Below, piece by piece: positions 51,303 to 62,206 of a DNA stretch of 64,000 bases (position 1 is its first letter; each line of letters begins with the position of its first letter). Both the position numbers and the translations under genes were made by a program. The notes below the pieces were generated by a model. It searched no databases. It was not told the origin of the DNA and worked only from the letters and a program-made list of their open reading frames with translations. Where the stretch lies: positions 69,560,590-69,624,589 of the forward strand of contig NC_068988.1 of the NCBI RefSeq assembly GCF_001194135.2, given 5' to 3'. Source of the stretch: Octopus bimaculoides. Lineage: Eukaryota.

Positions 51303-52970
51303 CTTCCGTTTTTTCCAAGGTGTAGGTAAGTCAGTTTGACGGTATTTTTCACAGTGTTAACATCGTTTTGTTTTGTGTCAGTGTTTTTTAAACATTTTAT
51401 AAATTGTTTTTGTGCTGCTTTGCAGCAATTTGTTTGTGCTTTCTCTTCTTTTTAAGGAGAGTTAGCAATGGAGAAAAAGAAGTCTGTTTTTTTTTCTTTC
51501 AGACCTTATTGGGTCTGAAGTATCGTCGTCAGAAGAACTGCTTAGAGCAGTAGGAAAAATGGATGAAATAATTAAGAAAAATAAAAAGAAGGGAAACTTT
51601 GTGGAAGTGACAAGACAGAAGGAAGAGGAGACTGACATCAAGATAATCAGTAATTTTTAAAATTTGACTTCTAGAGAGGGGTACGGCGTGAAGTTGTACC
51701 ACTCCAAAGGAAATGGTGGAAGGTATCAGAAAGAACAGAATTACATACAAAACATTCTCAACGAAAGCAGGCAGGACTGAAAACATAAATACAAGCCAAA
51801 TAGAAAAAAGTACTAAGGCCCATGTTGTCTTTGTAAGGAGAGGAACGAGATTTGGTACAGTTGAGGTGAGGTTCGCAAAGGAACTAAACGCAAAGAAACA
51901 GGCAGCAAAGACAATAAAGGACGAAGAAGTGGTGTTGTTGCCCACTTATATGGGCAAAAGGATGAAAGTTGAAGGTATTCCACCCGAAATAGACATGGCC
52001 TGGGTAGCGGCCGCAGTCCTCAAAGGAATTGAGGACGATATAGCAGTTCTCCAGGCTACGGAACCATATGCGGGATGGGGAGGGGAAATACACTATCCTT
52101 GGAAAAGATAGCAGAGATGGTCTTGTTTGATGACGCAGAGATGAAGGTCAAGGTGGAGGGCAGAGTCCCAAGATGCTACAGATGTGGTCTAAAGGGCCAT
52201 ATTAGAAGGGACTGCCCTTCACCGCCTGAGAAAAAAAAGTGGAAGAACAGTCAATGAAAGCAGGGGAACCTGCAGAGATAATAGATAAAGAGGAGGAGAA
52301 ACTAACAGAAGAAGCACGGAATGTGATAGGCGGGAAAAGAAAGAAAGAAGGTAATTTGAACTCTGAACCCCAACCCACCCATACCCTCTTAGACTCACCC
52401 TTCCTCCACAGACACCGAGCCTACCTATTCCCCTCCTACAAGAAAACAAAATGAAACATACACACAAGCAATTTCAAACACCCTCCCCCCAGACGAAAAA
52501 GACATATCTAGTAATCATGATTGACGATTCAGACGAGGATTTGTGTAAAGAAATACTGAAGTGGGATTACTTTAAGGCGGTGGGAACTGAAGGGTTTGAT
52601 AATGTTAAGACGCCGCACCGTTATGTGCTACCTACGGAGGAACAGTTGGAAAGAGTTCTGAAACATAAAAGTGAATATAAGTGGTGGGAGATAAAGATGG
52701 ACAAGAAGGAGCTACCAGGATTTTCGACGTGCGAGGAGATACTAGGTCTATATGGGGTTGACATTCTAGAAGGAACGGGGTACAAGAGGTGATAAAGGGT
52801 AGAAATGGGGTCGCCCAGAAATGGGGCTGAGTGGACCCATTCCATTTATTCATTTTCATGTTATCATTCATCTTTGTCATACGTTTGTTTTTTGATTTGT
52901 CGTTCTATGTCCCCACATGTGATGTGTTGCTCCCTCTACGTTGGCCTCCTGGTGGGCAATAAAGAATCAA
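51303..52970 (+). mobile_element. ORF1-only (HAL1-like) non-LTR element of L1/Tx1 type
   Basis: Starts CTTCCG, with a T-rich 5'UTR, a gag-like ORF containing CYRCGLKGHIRRDC, a 3'UTR and AATAAA (52958-63). No endonuclease or RT sequence is present. Confidence 0.65.
51468..52792 (+). pseudogene. Frameshifted ORF1p-like protein (RRM-like region, CCHC knuckle, acidic/basic linker, unknown C-terminal domain)
   Basis: ATG at 51468. ORF-track pieces 51713-52111, 52075-52257, 52239-52454 and 52451-52792 overlap end to end in shifting frames. Confidence 0.7.
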
Positions 52971-53335
52971 GAAACGTTAACACACCAGGCGAAATTCTTA
53001 GCAGTATTTCGTCTGTCTTTACGTTCTGTGTTCAAATTCCACCGGTGTCAACTTAGCTTTTCATCCTTTCAAGTTCTATAAATTAAGTACCAGTCGCGTT
53101 CTGGGGTCGATCTAATCGACTGGCCTCCTNNNNNNNNNNACACACCAGGCGAAATTCTTAGCAGTATTTCGTCTGTCTTTACGTTCTGTGTTCAAATTCC
53201 ACCGGTGTCAACTTAGCTTTTCATCCTTTCAAGTTCTATAAATTAAGTACCAGTCGCGTTCTGGGGTCGATCTAATCGACTGGCCTCCTCTCCCAAAATT
53301 TCGGGCCTTGTGTCTAGAGCAGAAAAGAATATAAG
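52971..53335 (+). mobile_element. SINE family C (150 bp duplicated across a 10-N gap)
   Basis: GGCGAAATTCTTAGCAGTATTTCG..GTTCAAATTCC..TTTCATCCTTTC..TAAGTACCAG..GGGGTCGATCTAATCGAC. Confidence 0.8.
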
Positions 53336-53344
53336 TGGTTGTTG

Positions 53345-53575
53345 TCAAGGCGGCGAACTGACACAATAGTTGGCACGCGGGGCGAATTGCTTAGCGGTGT
53401 TTCGCCCGTCTTTACGTTCTGAGTTCAAATTCTGCTGGGGTTGACTTTGCCTCTTACACTTTCGGAGTCGATGAAATTACTACCAGTGAAAAACTGGATT
53501 CGATGTAATCGACTTATCCTTCCATCGAACTTGCAGTCCTTGTTCCAAAAATTGAAATTATATCCTTGTTGTTAT
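53345..53575 (+). mobile_element. SINE family C, full-length
   Basis: AAGGCGGCGAACTG head, B box GAGTTCAAATTC, and the same body as the adjacent copy. Confidence 0.8.
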
Positions 53576-54324
53576 TCTGTTAGTGGTAGTGATGGCCATG
53601 GTGTTCTCGGCAGACTTGTGATATATATTCTATATATCAGAATTGACATTGTCCGACATATTTCCTCTTTAGGATGGCAGCGTGTAATTTGAAGGATATT
53701 TGTCTGCAATTCCTAACAATTCGAACGACTACCAAGAGGCTTTGGCATTGTAACAGAATACAGATATATATAAAATATGACACAATAATGTGGTAGTTTA
53801 TATATATAGATGTTTATAATTATTCGGGTGTGTGCACACAAAATCAACAAACACACACAAACGTTCTCACATATACACATACATATCCAATGTCGATCTT
53901 CTCGTCATATGTAATGATACTTTCAGACGTCCACTTTTGTATCAACACATCTTATTAACAACACATGTAATTCCAAGGTGATTCCTCAGCCAGCACAACT
54001 TTGACTGAAGATGCTCCAGCCGTAATCGTCCAATTATGTTTTCAGATATATCTGACATTACGTGTTTTATTTTAAAGTCTTAAACTATGCTGCTCTGTGC
54101 TCCACTAATCTGCAGTTTGCTGCGCTATATTTCGCTGTTCTGAACAAAGAGCACTACAATGTACTATGCTACATGGTATTGCACCATGCTGGATTTCGAT
54201 ACTTGGCTGCAGTATGATGCATCAGTTTAATATGCAGCATCATGTTGTTGCACATAGTTACACCATGCTGCACAGGTTTGCACTAGTATATTTTCAATAT
54301 GTTACATTGAGCATTGCTATACTG

Positions 54325-54759
54325 GGATCTTTTTGGTTTGACGGCCAACATTTTTCATTAATGTTTTAAAACCCTATAACTCATAACCCTAACCCCAACT
54401 CTAACCCTAAGCCTAAAACCCGAACCCTAACTCAAACGCACGAACGATGTTATAAATAACTACTGCCGATAGTTGTTGTTGACAAACAACGACACTAATT
54501 TTATTCAAGGGAAAAGATCCCATGACACTGTTGTTTACATTCCACGGCAGTAATTGTTTACACCTCAATAGACGTCAGTGATTGGTTGAAATTACACAAA
54601 TACGACAACTTTAACATGAAATAACTTATTAAGAACTAATTTTTGTTAAGAAGGCTAAGAGAAAAAGATGTTTTATATGACACATTCTACCAGTATCTCA
54701 AGTTTGAAAGTGTTTCGTTAAGAAAACAAGTGTTGCCCGTCAAACCAAAAAGATCCTCC
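54325..54759. mobile_element. hAT-like MITE with (CCCTAA)-like repeats, relative of 16069-16857
   Basis: TIR GGATCTTTTTGGTTTGACGG / CCGTCAAACCAAAAAGATCC; 8-bp flanks CTATACTG/CTATAGTG; 54430-54620 aligns directly with 16535-16730. Confidence 0.75.
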
Positions 54760-55779
54760 CTATAGTGCCCTACACTACACTCTACTGTGCGGTGTTGTTC
54801 TGCTCTACACGGTAGAGTTGTCTACTGCCCTGTACTGTACTTTATGAAACTGAAGTGCATTACACTGCCATATTTTAAACTTTATTGTTCATTATGTTGT
54901 GCAATATGCACTATGCTAAATTACGTTATGCTGGGCCCATACTATATTACATACTCTATATTGCGCTGTATTACAGTACAGTAGAGGGCATCTTAATACA
55001 CTTAATCATACTGCATCATTGTGCCTGTCAGTAGAGGTCATTACTGTACGATACGAGGTAGTGCAACATGAAACAGCACACCGCATGTCTGCATAGTTTT
55101 ACTCAATGTAACACAGTGCATCACAGCGCAACACAATGTAACAGTGTAACGGTAGTGTTGACTTGCACTTCGCTTCTTCCATGTGTATCAGGGGAGGTAA
55201 CTTACCCAATACTATGTAGTGGAAAAGGAATTTTCAAAACAGAACTTCCATATTTTTCTTTCAATTTCAGACATGATGACAGTGGAAGAATATGGCTTCG
55301 GCTCTTTTCCTACTGAAGATCTGTAAAAGCATGTTCCTCGCAAAGCAAAAAGCTCTCTCTCTACCTGTATAGCTCTCCCTCACACCTAACCCTCCCGCAT
55401 TCCTTCAATGATGATATATAAAAAGAAAAAACGATTATACAGTTGATATTAGGTAACATACACAGGATGTCTAAATCTTATCTAAGGGACATAACTGTAA
55501 TGGACTTCAAGAGCAGACTTTTTTTTTTTTTTTAGTTATTTTTATTTCTGAATCGGTTCCCAATTTTCACATTACTGAGATTCGTAAAACTGATGTAGTG
55601 CTTTCAGACTTCAATTAATAAGCCCTGATTATTCTCTTCCATTCAATCATTTCCGAGGACTTAATTTACATTCCTACACTGAGAAGGTTCTTTAACACGG
55701 AACACTTCAGTAAAACGAATCACCTGTTATAAAAATAAATATATAACCTTGTATAAATAACCTTAGAAAAATAATTCCA

Positions 55780-56165
55780 AGAACTTAAAATTATTTCACT
55801 TGAAAGACAATACCAGTTAATTTAATCAATAACAAAATAGAGCGTGCAAAAACGATAGACAACCAAGAACTATGAAAATCAAGAAACCCCACTGATACAC
55901 TTCAAATGTTATCTTATGTATCAACAAACACTCTAAGAAACATGGAAGCATAAAACATCATATATAGGACTATACCCCTTTTGATGAACAACCTGTGATT
56001 GAAAAAAATCCACTTAAAACGCATAAAATTATTAAAAGTAAAAGACAACCTAAGTCTCCAAAGAGGCTATTTACTAGTGACAAACTACCCGCCAAGAATA
56101 CAGCCCCAGCAGTCAAAAACAGTAACCATGTTAATTGCAGAATCTGCATCAATCTTAGGGAATGT
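55780..56165 (+). mobile_element. Penelope-like element ORF remnant (RT thumb/linker upstream of GIY-YIG)
   Basis: Frames give NLINNKIERAK, LSYVSTNTLRNMEA..IPLL and KIIKSKRQPKSPKRLFT..NCRIC, resembling the Penelope/Neptune linker as I recall it. Cut off by a SINE. Confidence 0.55.
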
Positions 56166-56500
56166 TAAGCATATGAATTCAAGTTGGGTTCCGTCCCACT
56201 GTGCAGTACCTTGAGCAAGTGTCTCCAGCTAAAGCCTTGGGCTAACCAAAGCCTTGTGAGTGAATTTGGTAGGTCGAAACTGAAAGAAGTCCATCGCGTG
56301 TGTGTTTGTTTTCCACAACCACTTGACAACTGGTGTTGGAGTGTTTACATCACTGTAACTTAGTAGTTCAGCAAAAACACTGATATAATAAGTACCAGGT
56401 TTACGAGAAAAGTAAGTACTGGTGCTAATTTCTTTGATAAAAGTCTTCAAAGCAGTGCCCCAGAATGGCCAGTCTCAAGACTAAATCAAGTAAAAGATGA
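56165..56500 (+). mobile_element. SINE family B
   Basis: CCCACTGTGCAGTACCTTGAGCAAGTGTCT..CAAAGCCTTGTGAGTGAATTTGGTAG..ATAAGTACCAGG..GTAAAAGA. Confidence 0.75.
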
Positions 56501-56679
56501 AGATATATGAATGTAAATGTATATATGTATGCGTATAGATGAATGTATGTATATATCTTTTATCTTTTATTGGTTTCACCCATAGACTGAGGCCATACTG
56601 GGGCACCATCTTTCAATGTGATTAGTTTTCTTTCCTGTTTTGTTCTTGTGAAGTTGCAAGTAAGACAGAACTTCTTCTT

Positions 56680-57780
56680 TGTGGTTCCTGTAACAATGGG
56701 GGTTCATCTGGTATCTCAGATAGAAATTTGTCCAGACATTATTTGAAGACTTGTGCATCTAACCATCTCAAATTTCTGTCTGCTATTTTGTAGAATGTTA
56801 AATAGTTGTAGACCCTTGAAACCCAAGCACTTACAGTAGTGGGTCCTTATTTGAGATGGAGAAGATGAGATCATTAGCACTATGCAGTGCCATCCAGATG
56901 AGTGGTTGGTGTAGCTTTCAATTCCAAAGTTAGGAGCTAGACTTTCCAGGATCTTCCATAAGTATATCACTACATATCTTACACACCTTCTTTCTAGGTA
57001 ATAGAATTTCAGTTCCTTTATCCTCTCCCTCGGGCTCATTTTTTCCACCAAATCAATCTTCCTTGTGTAGCAGTGTTGGATTACCTCAAGTTCAGCCACC
57101 AGTTTGACGCTTTGTGGTAATCACAGTGAAGAGCTGTATTCCAGATCAAAGTTTTCCATAAGAGTTGTATGCTATCCTTTTTGCTGGTTCTAAATGAGTT
57201 CAGAAGCCATCAAGCTACTTGCCTGCACATCATTATTCCTGTGAATTCCAACCCTAACTCTGAGATTGCACTACTCTCTGATCCGGTGTATTCCGATTGT
57301 AGTCTGATGTGAGCTGATAGGGGAGTGCTTGAAAGTTCTTGGCATTGAATTGCATGTTATTTTCATCAGCCCATATGCATACTGTATTCAGGTGTTTTTG
57401 CAATTTTAGTGTCATCAGAGTCCTCGACCACCTGTAATGCTTTTGTATCATCAATATAGTTGTTGAGAGTAGCTGACTGTATGGCTGAGAGCCAGTCTAA
57501 GAGAGCCACCACAAAAAGTAGTGGTACCAGTACAGTTCCTTGAGGGACTCTACTGTGAAGTGATGTCACCCAGAGAAAGCATCATTGGCTGCAATTGTCT
57601 GGCTTCTTGTCTTTTAAAAAAATCATGCAGCCACTCAATCAGTTTTCCAGCGATACCAGGTCATGCAGTTTGTAGCATATTATACCATAATCAATTTGTC
57701 AAAGGCCTTAGCAAAGTTATAATATATCTCATCAACATTTCAGTGGTTGAGCTACTGTTTCAGTACCTAATCCAGGTCAT
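56680..57780 (-). mobile_element. CR1/L2-group LINE RT fragment
   Basis: FAKAFDKL, VPQGTVLVPLLF, YIDDTK, LEVIQHCYTRKI..LKFYYLERR..IYLWKILE; the 5' side is truncated near an N-gap. Confidence 0.85.
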
Positions 57781-57839
57781 AATGCTATATATTTGTGAGT
57801 GTGTGTGTGCATGTGTGTATGTATGTACATGTATATATA

Positions 57840-57874
<35 letters not shown>

Positions 57875-58454
57875 NNNNNNNNNNNNNNNNNNNNNNNNNN
57901 NNNNNNNNNNNNNNNNNNNNNNNNNNNNNNNNNNNNNNNNNNNNNNNNNNNNNNNNNNNNNNNNNNNNNNNNNNNNNNNNNNNNNNNNNNNNNNNNNNNN
58001 NNNNNNNNNNNNNNNNNNNNNNNNNNNNNNNNNNNNNNNNNNNNNNNNNNNNNNNNNNNNNNNNNNNNNNNNNNNNNNNNNNNNNNNNNNNNNNNNNNNN
58101 NNNNNNNNNNNNNNNNNNNNNNNNNNNNNNNNNNNNNNNNNNNNNNNNNNNNNNNNNNNNNNNNNNNNNNNNNNNNNNNNNNNNNNNNNNNNNNNNNNNN
58201 NNNNNNNNNNNNNNNNNNNNNNNNNNNNNNNNNNNNNNNNNNNNNNNNNNNNNNNNNNNNNNNNNNNNNNNNNNNNNNNNNNNNNNNNNNNNNNNNNNNN
58301 NNNNNNNNNNNNNNNNNNNNNNNNNNNNNNNNNNNNNNNNNNNNNNNNNNNNNNNNNNNNNNNNNNNNNNNNNNNNNNNNNNNNNNNNNNNNNNNNNNNN
58401 NNNNNNNNNNNNNNNNNNNNNNNNNNNNNTATATATATATACATATATAAACGA

Positions 58455-58617
58455 CAAGTTTCTTTCAGTTTCCGTCTACCAAATCCACTCACAAGGCTTT
58501 GGTGGGCCCGAGGCTATAGTAGAACACACTTGCCCAAAATGCCACGCTGTGGGAATGAACCCGGAACCATGTGGTTGGTAAGCAAGCTACTTACCACACA
58601 GCCACTCCTGCGCCTAT
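58455..58617 (-). mobile_element. SINE family B, 5' half (relatively young)
   Basis: Minus strand GGCGCAGGAGTGGCTGTGTGGTAAG..GGTTCCGGGTTCATTCCC..TTGGGCAAGTG. Confidence 0.8.
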
Positions 58618-59490
58618 ATATAAAGAAAATTTGTTCATCAAAAGATACAGAACGCATCTAAATATGAATGCATAACCGACTTTGATCTCAGTATATATTT
58701 TGATTCTTGATCACATTCTCATCACTGTACATATTTCTTCTCACTACTTTAGCTTTTGAGATTTTGTGAATATTTATCCCCTCTCTGAAAGATGAATAAT
58801 TATCTCCCTTGTCCTCTATAATAATGATCACCAAGTACTTCCCTTTAGATTTTTCTACTTCTTGAATCATTCATTCCTAAACTTCTCCACACACATCATG
58901 GAATAAAATCTTCTTAAGAAAATACGAGATTACAAGAATTCCACTGTTATGATTAGCGAAAGCAAAACTGGTCAACAAACACAATATAAAATATATTAAA
59001 AAAAATTAATTAAAACTATCGTAAAGTGTGTGCATTTTCCAAACGATGAGGATGATGATAATGAGGGTCCTTGTTTTTGTATACATTCGCTGCTTTCTTC
59101 CAAGGAATCTAATGCTCTTNNNNNNNNNNNNNNNNNNNNNNNNNNNNNNNNNNNNNNNNNNNNNNNNNNNNNNNNNNNNNNNNNNNNNNNNNNNNNNNNN
59201 NNNNNNNNNNNNNNNNNNNNNNNNNNNNNNNNNNNNNNNNNNNNNNNNNNNNNNNNNNNNNNNNNNNNNNNNNNNNNNNNNNNNNNNNNNNNNNNNNNNN
59301 NNNNNNNNNNNNNNNNNNNNNNNNNNNNNNNNNNNNNNNNNNNNNNNNNNNNNNNNNNNNNNNNNNNNNNNNNNNNNNNNNNNNNNNNNNNNNNNNNNNN
59401 NNNNNNNNNNNNNNNNNNNNNNNNNNNNNNNNNNNNNNNNNNNNNNNNNNNNNNNNNNNNNNNNNNNNNNNNNNNACACACACACACACA

Positions 59491-60354
59491 TAGGGTGCAA
59501 TGAGTAAATTTTTGCCATTTCATGTTTTTAATTTTGTGCATGTACATTGTTTGCTTTTGATTTTGTTGACTACACAGTATAGTTGGGCACCATCTGTGAG
59601 AAAAACACCACCATGACACAATTCACTCTGCCAGAAGTTTGGAAACGACATGCTGTACTGCTTGGCATTCACACTGGAAGCTTTAATGTGAACATTTCAG
59701 AGTGTTTATGTATCAATCTGTGAACAGTGCAATCTGAGGACACGTACCAAGAGTGATAAAAATCAAACATCTAATCAGCATCATGCTGTTTGAGGTGATC
59801 ATAAGTGATGGCGACATTATGCTTCCATTCATCTTCACACACGGCCCTGACTCAACACAGAGGCCTACATCAAGTGTCTGGAGGAGGTAGTGCTGCTCTG
59901 AATCAAGAAGGTGGCTGCTGAAAGACCCTCTGTCTGGCCACCATGCCGCACAAGCAGGAGAAGCCAGTCATGGCTGTCAGGTAATTTCTGCGACCACATT
60001 ACCCTTAATGTCTGGCCACCTAACTCTCCAGACTGCAACCCTCTTGATTACTATATGTGGGGTACAGTTCAGCAAAAGACCAACAAAACTCCTTGTAACA
60101 CCAAAGATGAACTGAAGGTGAGGACTATGGCAGCATTCACCAACTTATACAAGGAGACCATTCAGAAGAGTTGCGGGAGATTCTGAAGTCGTCTGAAGGC
60201 TGTGATTGTAGCCAAGGGCAATTTTATTGAATGAATTTAATCTTTAGATTTTCAAAATATTTTTATGTAATTTTGGTAAATATATCTGTTAAAATGAGAT
60301 GTCAGTGTTATTTTCATTTTTGTGTAATTTAGACAATATACTCATTGCACCCTC
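59491..60354 (+). mobile_element. Internally deleted DD37D/maT-like Tc1-mariner element
   Basis: TIR AGGGTGCAATGAGTA / TACTCATTGCACCCT; ORF remnant ..VWPPNSPDCNPLDYYMWG.. preceded by ASIMLFEVIISDGDIMLPFIF. Confidence 0.85.
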
Positions 60355-60360
60355 TCTGTC

Positions 60361-60400
<40 letters not shown>

Positions 60401-60990
60401 CATGCATATATGTGTATGCGTGCGTGTGTTTCTTTTTATGTTTAGTTATAATAAAAATAGTTTTACATTAATCTGGGGGATTACACTGTACTTTTGTGGA
60501 GTGCAAATTTATTCATAAACAAGAATTTGGTCGACAGTAACTTTTAAGTTTAGGCCAGGTAAGCCATTATCAGACTACTGTGTATTAGAGTTAATCTTGG
60601 CTTTCTTCAGTCTTTGTTGTGTTAAAGTCTTCCTTGGGTGTGCAGGTTTGAGTGTGGTGGCAATTAGGTTTTAGAGTGGGCTATTATGAAGTGGTGTTTT
60701 TGAGAAATTTCATTGATTAAATTTGGGGCTATGTTAGTGTTAAGAATTTATTCAGGCATGTAAATCTTTGTAACCAAGTGTGAATGTTTAGGTGTATCTC
60801 TTTTGTTAGGTAGGTACAAGATGTATTAGTAGTTTAGTTATTTTTGGTCATGTTGGATTTAATCTTTTGCTTTAACAATGGAAAGGTCAAAGGTACAAAG
60901 TTCAGTTCTATATTAAAGAAATGAGGAATTATGTACATTATTTACATTATTTACATTTGATGGATATTTGTCTTTATCTTGTTTGTTGTT

Positions 60991-61037
60991 AACACAACGT
61001 TTCAGCTGATATACCCTCCAGCCTTCATCAGGTGTCT
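60991..61037 (-). ncRNA. Minimal hammerhead ribozyme motif (Penelope-type, predicted dimeric)
   Basis: Minus strand: AGACAC-CTGATGA-AGGCTG-gagggtatat-CAGCT-GAAACGTT-GTGTT. Core intact, helix III is the palindrome AACGTT, triplet GTT, stem I GACAC/GTGTT. Confidence 0.65.
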
Positions 61038-61113
61038 TGGTGAAATTTTGAACCTGGGTGCTCATTCCTAAGGAATTTTTTGATGTTATTATTATTATTA
61101 TTATTATTATTCA

Positions 61114-61185
61114 GGTCACTGCCTGGAATCGAACTCGGAATCTTGGGGTTAGTAGCCCGCGCTCTTAAGCACTACGCCATATGCC
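61114..61185 (-). other. tRNA-derived Pol III head of the foldback element (not a functional tRNA)
   Basis: GGCATATGGCGTAGTGCTTAAGAGCGCGGGCTACTAACCCCAAGATTCCGAGTTCGATTCCAGGCAGTGACC has A and B boxes but no acceptor-stem pairing. Confidence 0.7.
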
Positions 61186-61382
61186 CACGAGCATATGGCG
61201 TAGTGGTTAAGAGGAGGGTATATCAGCTGAAACGTTGTGCTAAAAACAAACAAGATGAGGACAAATATCCGTCAAATGTAAATAATGTACAAAGTTCAGC
61301 ATTTAGAAACTTAACAACTGGGCGTCTTAGCTTTTTTTGTAATGGAATTTTTAGTGGGGTTCACATGTGTGTGTGTATACAT

Positions 61383-61414
<32 letters not shown>

Positions 61415-61982
61415 GTATGTATGTATGAATCTGTATCTACCGTGTGGTAGAAAGTTTATTCTTTTTTTGTCTTTGTATAGTGTCTGACCAGCTGTCCACA
61501 AAGCTGTGGCTCTCGTGGATATGAAACCTTTGGTAACTCTATAACCGGAATTTAACATTTTGTTTTAATAATTACAGCTCTATTCCTTAGAGAGTGCTAC
61601 TTTTCTGATATATATTTTATTGACTATATGTATATGTGTGTGTGTGTGTGTGTACATATAGATGTATAATAATGTGTGTGTGTATATATGTGGGTGTGTG
61701 TGTGAATGTACACACAGACACAGCTGAGAGACAGACAGACAGATAGATAGTTGAACTGAGTTAATTCCGGAGAAATCTTTTAGTCTTTTTAGGATTTAAC
61801 CACATGAAGGAGAACAATGTTCCCGACCATTTTGTAGGTATCTCAGTGGCTGGTTTGTGGGAGGAAGACAGGCAGATGTTGGTTTAGACTAATACCAGAG
61901 ACCTGGTCTGAATGACAAGTGGTGAACCCCAGTAAAGGCATCCAAAGTTCATGTGGTGATGTTAAATTAGGTGAAGGGTTAA

Positions 61983-62206
61983 CTCTTTTGAATTCAGATT
62001 ATTCTGTGAAATGCAATGTTTATTTATTTACATTATTTTGAGTTAATCATGCATTATCTCATAATTTCGAGATTTCAATGATGTGTCTGTATATTTTTAC
62101 AATGAAATTTTTAGGTAAGTGTGAGAGGCCAGATGTGGCCAGTTTTAACCTAAAACAGGTAGAAAATTTGGGGCTTAATGTGGCCAATTTGAATGCTAAA
62201 AAAGGG
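61983..62206. mobile_element. piggyBac-like MITE
   Basis: TTAA|CTCTTTTGAATTCAG ... GCTAAAAAAGGG|TTAA. Confidence 0.7.

Larger units (their letters stand above)
60903..61290. mobile_element. Second tRNA-hammerhead foldback element (right arm internally deleted)
   Basis: The left arm is complete. The centre has only CCACGA between the inverted heads. The right arm jumps from TTAAGAG to GAGGGTATATC. The flanking direct repeat is GTACAAAGTTCAG (60893-905 / 61287-99), partly overlapping the element ends. Confidence 0.8.

Noticed and set aside
51259-51325. TATA box plus first exon of a host gene
   Set aside because: The sequence after TATAAAAG resembles a family C SINE head and then the 5' end of the ORF1-only element; TATA-like words are common in AT-rich DNA.
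52980-53290. Apparent 150-bp tandem duplication of a SINE
   Set aside because: The two copies are identical and separated by exactly 10 Ns, so this is most likely an unmerged contig overlap.
58688-58870. R4/Dong-like RT fragment (KYLVI..KAKVVRR)
   Set aside because: The resemblance is short and weak with no flanking RT motifs, so it cannot be supported.
61114-61185. Functional tRNA gene (also the SINE heads at 38795, 35938 and 49181)
   Set aside because: A and B boxes are present but there is no acceptor stem, and each is embedded in a repeated element.
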